From Macrostomum lignano (taxonomy: Eukaryota): 64,000 nt of DNA. The DNA lies in NCBI GenBank assembly GCA_002269645.1, contig NIVC01001054.1, forward strand, positions 1-64,000, in the 5' to 3' direction. Within the stretch, counting starts at the first letter, position 1, and each line of letters opens with the position of its first letter. Shown piece by piece: positions 53,238-64,000 of the stretch. The position numbers and the translations under genes are program-made. Under the pieces are notes generated by a model. It was not told the DNA's origin, made no database searches, and was given only the letters and a program-made list of their open reading frames with translations.

Positions 53238-55367
53238 GGTTGGGGGTTGCTCCGACAGTTTCCTAGAAAACTACAGACGGGGAGATTCTCTCTCTCTCTC
53301 TCTCTTTACAATACATTGTTCCTTACTCAATGTCTGACAAGCCAGCAGAGGCAGGCAGAAGTACTTCCCCTACACTTGAAGAGCCCGCCGCTCCGACTCC
53401 AACTAGTTCGCTCTCCCAAATCATTTCCAAACTAATCTAACCCTTATGCAAAGTTAATGCTGGAACAAGTAAAAACTTTGCTAAACTAACTTTACTCAGA
53501 AATTGCTGCCATTTATAATCAACAAGATGCTCGAGCCTCCCTCCCCCTGGGGGAGAGCTGCTCGCCAGAAGAAGAAGAAGAAGCATATTGATTTCTTGGT
53601 TTTCGCCTCGTCAAAAGTCCAACGCTAATCTGCAGTCCTTCTCTCACTCACTCACTCTCTCTTCAAGGCCTTCTTTCCGCCTCCATGTAGAGTCCGCCAG
53701 AAGACTTTCTTATAAGGCCAGATCACATTTTGCTGTGGTCTGCCCGATCTCCTCTCTCTTGCCTCCAGTTTGCCAGAGGCGCACGAAGCAGTTGGCATAC
53801 AGCAATATTATTATTATTATCACTATGCATTATGCATTATACTAATGTTGCGGAAAAGAGGACGGATTTCCAATGGGATCATTGACGAGACCGATATTGC
53901 CCGCAGCTGTGTTTGCTCGGCCCACTCCACGCCAAGTCCATCTACTCACGGCACACTGGCCCCAGCAGCACTAAACAAACTTTCCCTCCAGCCTCTCAGC
54001 CTCATCTATATACTATAAAAAACTCGCGACCTGAGCACTATTTTGTACTTACAGCTAGCTATAATACATTTGGTCGTACATTATGCTGGGAGCTTTTTAA
54101 TTAAGCATTTGGGAGGCTGTCAGCAAATGCAGTTCCCACAAACCACCAGCGATGATCCACTTCACCCAAGCACCATACAATTCCAACTACTTTTGCCAAC
54201 TCTTTTTCTGTACCAATTCACCAAACTGCCAAAACCACTTCAGGCAGTATAGCGGCAGATAGACCGGCCATTGCCCAGCGAACAATTCAGCTGCAGCTAT
54301 AAAAGAACTAATATCTTGATCGGTGAGTAATAGTCCAGATCGGTGCCCGAGATACACCCGGGTTGGGGGGGGGGCGATCTCTCATTCTGGACCGAACTCT
54401 GCTGCAGCTCCCTGCACGGTCCTCTGCTCGCTTCCGCAGACCACCACACCCCCTCACCCTGTACCCCCCCAATCCTCACTCGCTTCTTGCTTGCTAGAGA
54501 AAATCCTGAGTCCACCTCCCCCCCCCCAAGCGGTTCTCAGCCAGAAAGCATCGCCCTCAGCCCATGCAGGCTGCAACCCCCACGCGCATTTCTTTATTTC
54601 TCCTCTTTTCTCCCCCTTTCCCCGGCTGCGTGGCTGCAGCTGGTCACCGCTGCGGAACACCGCCCAGCAACCCCCAGTCCCGGGGACACGCATGCTCCCC
54701 TATCGTACCCCTACCCGCTACCCCCATCGTAGCCGGCATCGCATCCCACCACGATTCCCCAGGAACCGTGCAACCTCCCCCCCCCACACTTCCCACCTCA
54801 GTTAGCTGAGCCCTTGGCGGCCGGGGAGTTCCCTTAGCTACAGAATCTAGTAGGGAAACTGATGCTGCATATCCTGTTAGCAATACAAAGCCTATACAAT
54901 AACCAGTTTTTGCTCAATAATTCTACCAATATTTTTTGGAGCAAAAATGTCTTCACCATCACTTCGCAATAAAACAGTTGCTAGGCGAGGAAAAGTCTAT
55001 TATGCACATAGCTCATAGGTTTGCTTCGTTAGCTCGTATAGATCTCTAGCCTGGACAAGTACTCGATGAAACAAACAGAGATACTAGTTAAGCCTTGATC
55101 GCGTTTCCACTCCAGCTCACTTAATATTAGTAGTCCATGCTGCAGTCACAGCAGCAAGTCTTAAATCCTCACGCGCACAAAACCAGCCCCAATCCCCCTG
55201 CTGTCCTATACAAGAGAGCCAAAGGGTGAGTCCTGCAGCTGCCCCCCAGGGGGTGTCAAGGAGAAATAGGCTGAGAGGACCTGGGGAGCATCCAGCACAT
55301 TGGGGCAGAGAGGGGAGCGGCCCAGGACCAGCCATGCCACCCGGGGCCTTTGGTGGCAACCCCAACC
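53238..55367. mobile_element. Degenerate repeat-like element with short TIRs (GGTTGGGG(G)TTGC)
   Basis: 12-13-bp inverted termini and a stop-riddled reading frame from ATG 53330; no recognisable domain. Confidence 0.3.
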
Positions 55368-55563
55368 TCCCTCAGTTTTATATATAGACTTTCAATGGAT
55401 GCTGAAAGAAAGCATGAGGTGATAGCCTTCCCCTCACAAGCCCTCTGCGCCTGCGCTATTTCCCGTCGGTGTGCTCAGTCATTGTTCTCAAATTGTTCTC
55501 AACTGGTCTCCAAGCTTATTCAAGACTTTGATTTTCTAATCAGGCAGGTTTTCCACACTAATT

Positions 55564-58500
55564 ATGGCCAGCTTCATTGCGAAACAGCTGGTTGGCAAGC
55601 AGATGGACAGTGTGAAAGGTGAGAGTCAATCGATTCCAATCAACTTTTTATGTGTGTTGTTGTGTGTGTTGTTGTTGGCTGCGGAGTGCAGGGTATCCAG
55701 CCGACCTCCCCCAAGAGCCGCGCCACCAGTTGACCATTGGCGAGGTCCTTCAGTCCAGTAATTCCAATCTGACGTCGAGCCCCATCAAGGGCCGGGCAGC
55801 TGACCAGGTGGTACTGTTCCACCTCCAGGCCGCATCGAGCACAGGTAGCGTGGTCTAATTGTCCGATCCTGCGCTGATAGTAGACCGACTTGGGACAGTG
55901 GCCAGCACGAACTTGAGCCACCATGGTCTGCTGTAGTCTCGTTCCCGAATGGAAGGTCAAACAGCTGCCGTAGATGTCTTTCAGGTGTCCGCTGAGTTGC
56001 GGCTCATAGCGAACATGCTGCCTAATCTGACACGTCGCTGCACCCAGGGTAACGGGGACAAGATTCTGGTCCAGTTGGTTGTGTGTGTTGTTGTTGGTGG
56101 TATTGTGTGTGTTGTTGTGTGTGTTGTTGTGTGTGTTGTTGTGTGTGCTGTTGTGTGTTGTTGTGTGTGCTGTTAAGTGTTTTCTGTGTACTTTTCCGTG
56201 TCGGTCCCTTTTTGTCTGGATTAAGTTGGCAGTTTTGGCTCAATAAAAATCGGAATCTATTTTGTTTTGCCAAAGCCAAACGGCATAAAATTCAAAGCAA
56301 GTAGCATCAGTGCAATCTGTGACCTGAGCATCTACCGTCAGTGTCAAATTTCACCTGCCAAGACTCAACCAAAAAGCGGCTGAACTGACCTTGTTCTATA
56401 AGGCATGGTTGCAACGAGGGAATCCAGTGTGGAAGTTTCGGCTTAGGACTCCCACAGTACTCAGGGGAGATTAGCAACTGCTAATTAGCTGGGCTGTCAG
56501 AGCAGCTCGTCAGGAAAGTCAGTCACTCTGTCAGCTTTCATCACGGGAGAAATTAGCCAGTCATTTTCTGGAGCAACACAATAGGAATCTCCTGTTTGAG
56601 CTGCTGAAGGTCCTCTGACTTTTTTAGGCCCAGTAAGACTCATTAATGAAGGATTTTCTAGGACCATAACTGCCTGAATTCACGGCTATTGCTGCACCAC
56701 CGTAACCCCGCCTACACACCTGTCTGCTAATATCGCAGATATTTTTTCTTAGAAAATGTTTCTCACTACTTGCTTGTATAACTTTCAGTGTATGTGAATG
56801 CTTGCAATTTGCTCTATGATTACCAGGGGCTTTAGCACCAGGGTCTTTAGCAGGGGCGCCAGCACCGGGGGCGCCAGCACCGGGGGCGCCAGCACCGGGG
56901 GCGCCAGCACCGGGGGCGCCAGCACCGGGGGCGCCAGCACCGGGGGCGCCAGCACCGGGGGCGCCAGCACCAGGGGCGCCAGCACCGGGGGCGCCAGCAC
57001 CGGGGGCGCCAGCACCGGGGGCGCCAGCACCGGGGGCGCCAGCACCGGGGGCGCCAGCACCGGGGCGCCAGCACCGGGGGCGCCAGCACCGGGGGCGCCA
57101 GCACCGGGGGCGCCAGCACCGGGGGCGCCAGCACCGGGGGCGCCAGCACCGGGGGCGCCAGCACCGGGGGCGCCAGCACCGGGGGCGCCAGCACCGGGGG
57201 CGCCAGCACCGGGGGCGCCAGCACCGGGGGCGCCAGCACCGGGGGCGCCAGCACCGGGGGCGCCAGCACCGGGGGCGCCAGCACCGGGGGCGCCAGCACC
57301 GGGGGCGCCAGCACCGGGGGCGCCAGCACCGGGGGCGCCAGCACCGGGGGCGCCAGCACCGGGGGCGCCAGCACCGGGGGCGCCAGCACCGGGGGCGCCA
57401 GCACCGGGGGCGCCAGCACCGGGGGCGCCAGCACCGGGGGCGCCAGCACCGGGGGCGCCAGCACCGGGGGCGCCAGCACCGGGGGCGCCAGCACCGGGGG
57501 CGCCAGCACCGGGGGCGCCAGCACCGGGGGCGCCAGCACCGGGGGCGCCAGCACCGGGGGCGCCAGCACCGGGGGCGCCAGCACCGGGGGCGCCAGCACC
57601 GGGGGCGCCAGCACCGGGGGCGCCAGCACCGGGGGCGCCAGCACCGGGGGCGCCAGCACCGGGGGCGCCAGCACCGGGGGCGCCAGCACCGGGGGCGCCA
57701 GCACCGGGGGCGCCAGCACCGGGGGCGCCAGCACCGGGGGCGCCAGCACCGGGGGCGCCAGCACCGGGGGCGCCAGCACCGGGGGCGCCAGCACAAAGTC
57801 AGCACAAAGTCAGCATTCGAAATCAGTTCACATTTGCTTACTCAGTAAATTACGTCAGTTTCAAATCCTCCCCGCATCCACCCTAATTCCCAGCCAATGG
57901 GTCCTAAATCACCAAAATAGATTAAGTCTCTCGCAGGCAGAAAAAGCAATTTTCTTTTAGTTGCAACAATAGTACAACCCCGGCGCCCACCGGAACCCAG
58001 GCAGTCAATTTGTCCCAAATGAGGTTGGCAGAGGATTCCACTGGGGATCAAGAAGTGAGGACGCGAGACAGAGCGGGACGCAGACTACATGTATTTGATT
58101 AGGCCTGAGCCATCCGAATCAAGCACTGTCTGCGCTGCATGCCCTAAATATTGAATTATTGAAACCTCCCCCATTCGGCCCGAAATCCGGCCCCATTTGA
58201 TTCTCTGCCGCGCCAGAGACGACGAACTGGTATAGCTGAGTCGCCCCCGCAGCTGCATGCAAATGCCAATCTCACTTCCAACTGCTCAATTCTTATCGCT
58301 GATGCGCTGGGGTTTACTTTATTGGCTGCCCCTTTCTGCGCCAATCTATTTACTGTCACTTTGCTATCCCAGTTGCTTGACTCTCCTCCATGCCAGTCTG
58401 TCTATTCAGCTTCATTACAGGCCCAGTTTCAAGCCGTTGGCATCTTGTTTGCGTCTCATTGCTGCTATCGTCTGCAGTGCCATCACAGAGGACACAAAGT

Positions 58501-60462
58501 GATGCTTTTGTCAAATGCCAAGCACTGCTGACATGATGTCCACTTCATTTATGCAAACCCAATTCACTCCTGTACACTTACCTCACTCCTGTACAACCAC
58601 CCCGACTCTTCACACCCACCCCTGCACACTCACCCACCCATGCACACCCACCCCACTCCTGCACACCCACCCCACTCCTGCACACCCACCCCACTCCTGC
58701 ACACCCACCCCACTCCTGCACACCCACCCCACTCCTGCACACCCACCCCACTCCTGCACACCCACCCCACTCCTGCACACCCATCCCACTCCTGCACACC
58801 CATCCCATTCCTGCACACCCACCCCACTCCTGCACACCCATCCCACTCCTGCACACCCATCCCATTCCTACACACCCACCCCACTCCTGCACACCCACCC
58901 ACTCCTGCACACCCACCCCACTTTTACACACCCATCCCACCTGCACACCCACCCCACTTAATTTCCTTTAACCCAGTAAACCCTTGCGCTAACTCCGCTT
59001 TTTCACAAACCTGAGCTAAAAATAGCTGCATGAAAACCTCTGCAGGCGCAGTCGGAGGCGGCGAGGCCACCGGCGAGGACGCCGAGAAGCTCGCCGAGCA
59101 GCAGGCGGAGATCGCGGAGGCTCTGGCGGAGGAGAAGCGCAAACGGGACGAGAAGCATAGAAAGATGGAGGCTGAACGAGAAGAAATGAGGCAGGGAATC
59201 CGGGACAAGGTGAGTAAGCGGGATGGCAGATCGATGCAAATTACTTATGGATTGCTGTTTCGAGTAGGCGCTGGCAAATTTCTCTTCTCTTTTAGGACGC
59301 TTCCAGTCTGACACTTTCCTAAAAAGCGATCGAAACTGGCAGAAGCCCGGTTTTCTTGGGTGCTTTGCCTCGCCACTTTCTACGCATAGAGTTCCGATTG
59401 CAGTTACCTATTTTTGTACCTGGAGATAGCTCGTACATGTAATTGTAAAACCTCAATCGTGTCTCAGGTCCAGGATATGAATCCAACCGTACCCCATGAC
59501 TTCGATATTAAGCCTGGATTGACCATGAAAAAAACACAAACCTTTGCATAACCGCCTAATTCTTGAAAAGTTACATGCGTCGTTGGAGGACCTAACGAAT
59601 AGCTTAGAGGGCCTCTTCGAAAGACCTTAAAGGTAGTTAAGAGCGCTCAATTGAAAGACAATAACGGTAGTTAAGAGCGCTCTATTGAAAGACAATAACG
59701 GTAGTTAAGAGCGCTCTATTGAAAGACAATAACGGTAGTTAAGAGCACTCTATTGAAAGACAATAACGGTAGTTAAGAGCGCTCTATTGAAAGACAATAA
59801 CGGTAGTTAAGAGCACTCTATTGAAAGACAATAACGGTAGTTAAGAGCACTCTATTGAAAGACCATAACGGTAGTTAAGAGCGCTCTATTGAAAGACCAT
59901 AACGGTTGTTAAGAGCGCTCTATTGAAAGACCATAACGCGCGGTAGTTAAGAGCGCTCTATTGAAAGACCATAACGCGCGGTAGTTAAGAGCGCTCTATT
60001 GAAAGACCTTAACAGTAGTTAAGAGCGCTCTATTGAAAGACCATAACTGTAGTTTAAGAGCGCTCTATTGTCAATGGAGCTTAAGGGTAGCTAAGAACAC
60101 CCAATCAAAGGGCTAATAGACCAGTTGGTACTGGCTGCACATAGTCGGCAAAACTTTCTATTGTGTAAATGCGATTTCACCGCATACTATAGCTGCACAT
60201 GTCGCTTTCAATGCCCCACCCGATGCAGTACAACATCCAGAAGAAGGAGGACCCGCTCAGCATGATGCCGCCGGACGATCCGGCCGGCCGGCTGGGCAGA
60301 AAACGCAAAACGCCCGAGGAATTGGCGGCCGAGCGTGACCTCGAGGACGAAGAGGACTTCACCTCAGTGCTGCCTGAGGGCATGCGGGACACGGTTAAAA
60401 ATGTCACGGCCGTGCCGCAGAAGATGCTGGCCGATGCCAAAGAGAAATGCGTCATCCAGTAA
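55564..60462 (+). CDS. cpx: Complexin with C-terminal CAAX (CVIQ), 150 aa, 3 coding exons
   Basis: Exons 55564-55618, 59046-59209 and 60229-60462 (phases 1,0). MASFIAKQLVG, central helix KHRKMEAEREEMRQGIRDKY, RKRKTPEELAAE, KEKCVIQ*. Confidence 0.96.
55650..56075 (-). mobile_element. 3' fragment of an I-group (I/Nimb/Ingi-like) LINE with CCHC zinc knuckle
   Basis: AQVRAGH...CARCGLEVEQYHLVSCP motif followed by a (CAA/CA)n tail; lies in complexin intron 1. Confidence 0.78.
56825..57792. repeat. GC-rich 15-bp minisatellite (GGGGGCGCCAGCACC)n, ~63 near-perfect copies
   Basis: Read directly. Confidence 0.98.
58560..58960. repeat. Minisatellite, 19-bp unit CACACCCACCCCACTCCTG
   Basis: Read directly. 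Confidence 0.94.
59630..60070. repeat. Minisatellite, 34-bp unit GTAGTTAAGAGCGCTCTATTGAAAGACAATAACG
   Basis: Read directly. Confidence 0.95.
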
Positions 60463-60674
60463 AGACTTCCAGAGGTGTGCTTAAAAATTTCGGCAAGTAC
60501 TGCAATGTTTGAAAACTAAAGTTTAAATTTGCGCCAAAATTGCACAACCGCATACTCCGCTCTGATTAGAACATGACGAGTCGGGACGGAAGTAGGGTTG
60601 CTAAAATTAAATTCGTAAATTTCGTACGGACAATATTTTATAGGCCAAGTTGAAATACTTTAGTTTGATAAAGT

Positions 60675-60988
60675 ATAATAATAATATTACTAAATATAAT
60701 TGATTACACCTGTCCTGATGGGCAGATGTGCAACCGACAACTCAGCCGCAGCTATTGCGCGGCGCATCTGAAGGCTGCGTACGGCTGTTCAGTCCAAGGA
60801 CTGGGGGGTCGCCACACACCCTCAATTACCCCAGCTAATGCTGACACCTATTTTACAGCTGGGTGAACTGAAGCAATGCAGAGTTAAGTGTCTGGCTCAA
60901 GGACACAAATTGTTCCCAGTGGGTCGAGAATCGAACCCCTGACCTTTCAGTCATGAGTCCGACACTCTAACTACTAGGCTGCAACCCC
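60675..60988 (-). mobile_element. tRNA-derived CORE-like SINE, full-length copy 3
   Basis: The reverse complement shows A-box, B-box, central domain, 3' region shared with copy 1 and a (TAT/TAA)n tail. Confidence 0.9.
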
Positions 60989-62413
60989 AAATTAAGTGTA
61001 ACATACCCAATATTGCAAACTTGGCGGCTTATTTGAACGGATGTTCCATGGTTTATCAAAGTTATTAGAAAACCATTACGGATAATCGTTTGTATAATAA
61101 AATATATGCTGCTAATCCAAAGACCCTGTTATTTCTCAGTTTAAGCTCCACCTTTCTGTAATACTTTAAATTCTCTGTTATAAAATATTTTCAATGCATT
61201 ATTCTTATTTTCATTTGTGCTTTTTAGTTTTTTTTCTCTAGCAAACATTTAGTCGGCTTTTTGTCAAGTTCCGTCAATGGTTCATCGCAAGTTCAAATAA
61301 AAGTGCATGAATGTACATGTAACCAGAATTTCTGAAATTCTGATGCTCGAAATGGTAGCAGATTTGTGTCGTGCACTTTTTCAGCATCATTTTGTTTTTA
61401 TGAGATAGGCTTCAGTTATAACAAAAGCAGAGTTTGTAACAGCAAGCCTAAACCAAATGGTCTACAGTGCATTCTTATCATTGATTTAAAATATTTATTT
61501 TGTTCCTATATTTCTCTGACGTTTCCTTATTATTTCATTAAGTCCGTTAATAGCCACTGTTCCACCCTCTGCTACAACAACAACATAGAATGTAGTAAAA
61601 TAAGCAAGCAGTTATATTTTTATTGCTCCGCTAATTTGTCGAGCAATGAAGTTCATTTCAACTTCTGCTCTGTAGTAGATCTCCATTCTGCGGTGCACAA
61701 ATAAAGAAATAATCATTGAGAAAACTTGGTTGAAGTGCATATACTTTCTTGTGAAAAAGAAGCTGTGTGTAATTCAGGGACACCTTTCTGCGTATTCCGA
61801 TTGTGACTTCATTTTTAACTCTCAACAAAAGTACAGCATCTACTTCGAAAATTTGGACTTTTAATTGCACTTTTATTGTACGATGTGTATACTAGCTGAA
61901 TATTTTGCCACGGCCGAAGCAATTCAAATTTTAGACGAGCATTACAAAAATTCAAAACGCATGCATGAATAAGGGAATTTTTTTAAATCTGAAATGAGCA
62001 ATACAACATTTTGTGTTGTTAAAAGTTATACTATTTGTAGTAGAACTGCAAACAAATATTTCTATTGCTATCGCCTAAAATAATGACCTCTCTAACAAAA
62101 TCTCCATGAAAGACATCCATTTCAAAGCTTGATTTCGTCGATGTTAATAATTCCGCCACACTTACTAATAGGCATGGCTACATGGTGCTGAGTGTGACGT
62201 TGTCAGTTTAAGTAGTCCCGCCAAGGGCCGTTTTAGCATACGGTACCAATCTATAATATTGTTGGTTTCATACTCCCACGTCTGCTTAAAGTAGTGTCCA
62301 AAGAATTTTAATCAGCGTGCGTACATTTGTAAAGCCTGCGTACAGTGCGCGATCGATAATTTCTATTTTCTGTTTTTTTCCGGCCGGCCAATAGAAAAGC
62401 CGCGCATTAATTA

Positions 62414-62887
62414 TGTTAAGTTCTCCTCGCGCGCCTACCCCAGCCCGCTCTTTATCAGTTCTGTCTGGCTGGGCGCTCGGGGTTAGACCCGTTCTCCAGC
62501 GTCAAACCCTACCTCGCCCCGCGCTGCTCTGCCCGCCCTTGGGCTCTCACTCCTTGTTTACTTGCCTTTTCTCTCCGCCTCACTCCGCCACGGCTCTAGC
62601 CACGCCTTCGCCAGCCTCAGCCACGCCACTTTTACTGTCTGTTCGAGCTCTCACTACGAGCACCGCCACCGCACGTTCATTGCCGTCGCTTCGTCACCGT
62701 TGCCTCAAACTCGTCGACCCACTCTCCATTCTACCATCTAACTTATTGTTGTGTAGCCGCCAGTGCATCGTTTACGAATTCAACTAGTACCAAGCCCAAC
62801 TGTCCTCTCACTCATACGTTACAATAAACAAAGTCTGCGGCCATTGCCCGCATCAGTCGCCATTATTGCCAAGTGCTACCGCTTACA
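62414..62887 (+). mobile_element. Probable solo LTR (474 bp)
   Basis: TGTTAAG...CTTACA termini (TG..CA, imperfect inverted ends), AATAAA at 62823, flanks AATTA / AATTT (4/5 match as a 5-bp TSD). Confidence 0.6.
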
Positions 62888-64000
62888 AATTTGCCTCGGC
62901 CGTATTTGTCTTGTCGATTATTTTCGAGGCCGCCACATTATCGTGACACTGAGTATTAACATTTATTTGCTGCATGAATTAAAGTTTATGTTATGTACAA
63001 CAATATCCTGTGACAACTCAATACCCATTTGCAATTCACGCACCGCCTATACTTTACGCCTTAGGCAAACTCTGCCGCAGGGAAAACCCACGGAAATACC
63101 GTCGGCCGGCCCAAAGCGAGAGTACAATTTGTATGCTCTTGTGTATTTGCATGTACAACTCTGCCGCAGGGATGAAGAAGCATGCAATTAATGATCACTG
63201 GAGAAGTTACTGCTGCCATGGTGTTACCTCTTATTTATACATGGTCTTTTGTAAGGATGCATACGATGTCAATTTGGCAAATGCATGGGTAGTAATTTTA
63301 TACATTACGTTACAATACGATGAATATTACATCTATTAGTTTCCTTTACGTACACGCGGTACACCTTGGCAAGTTTCAGAAATATTTCATCCACCTCAGA
63401 TGTTGTCCCCTATAGTTATTGTTGTGGTACAGGCCGGATCACTACCCTGACTATCACTGTGAACGAGCCGAAGATGGCGTCAGTCAACTAGCCGGACTGA
63501 CTTCGGACTCTGAGCGGGGGATCGCGTCAGGGGACTTAATCAGCCCGTCCCTATTGCACAGATTAATTCCCGCCAGTCCCCCAAATAAAAAAGACACGCG
63601 ACTCACTCTGTTTCTTCGGGTAACAGCGGTGGCAGCAGCAGGGGTGGCTTCTCTCAATGTTCTCTCTTCAGTCTATAGAATAGACAGGTATCTAGATTGC
63701 AGTATTAGACTTATGGCTGTGACTTTCACAATTCAACCAAGGAAAAAGAGATGCCTCCCCTACTGCCGCTCCTACATATATTTAATATTTGTGCTAGCTG
63801 GTTAAGCCCTGGGGTATCGCTACCCAAGGCCCAGCTAGCCAAAATTACGATCGTCTTATCCAACAAGGAAAAAGTTACAAGTCGGGGTCGCGATTGGAGG
63901 GGAGAGAAAACAAACCGATTGGCTGGACCACCAGCCAATCGCAGGGTGAGCGAGGGGGCGCACTGGGGCCGCAGCCAGCCAAAGCCGGCTGGCCTAACAG

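Noticed and set aside
56624-57886. Long 315-393-aa ORFs (WRPRC, VLAPP and GAPAP polymers; collagen- or elastin-like appearance)
   Set aside because: They are translations of a stop-free 15-bp minisatellite inside complexin intron 1. The same applies to the repeat-derived ORFs at 0.9-1.2, 4.5-5.2, 13, 14.8-15.3, 27.9-28.6, 39.5-41.6, 42.4-42.8 and 58.5-59 kb.

Overview
This is eukaryotic (invertebrate animal) genomic DNA with GC-rich exons and introns packed with minisatellites. That style suggests a free-living flatworm such as Macrostomum, but this is inference and not verified. I assembled five spliced genes by hand, checking GT-AG junctions for phase. They are an uncharacterised ~900-aa five-TM protein (+, ~7.2-12.2 kb), a cysteine string protein DNAJC5/Csp (+, 21.9-25.7 kb), a ClC-3/4/5-type 2Cl-/H+ exchanger with two candidate N-termini (-, 30.1-43.2 kb), an atypical RERG/RASL11-12-like small GTPase whose G3 box reads DTVDK (-, 50.0-51.6 kb) and a CAAX-type complexin (+, 55.6-60.5 kb). 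Mobile DNA includes a deleted mariner with 29-bp TIRs, a defective Ngaro/DIRS-type tyrosine-recombinase retrotransposon, three copies of a tRNA-headed CORE-like SINE, RTE and I-clade LINE 3' fragments, a probable solo LTR and MITE-like elements. The YR element has a SAP-domain gag that appears to carry a 54-nt spliceosomal intron. About 27 different tandem-repeat arrays are present, and most long ORFs in the ORF track are artefacts of them. I found no CRISPR array, rRNA or true tRNA gene, and no prokaryote-type novel system. The most interesting candidates are the intron-bearing YR retrotransposon, the G3-mutant Ras-like GTPase, the CORE-like SINE family, the NPF-bearing alternative ClC N-termini and the organisation of the intronic minisatellites.
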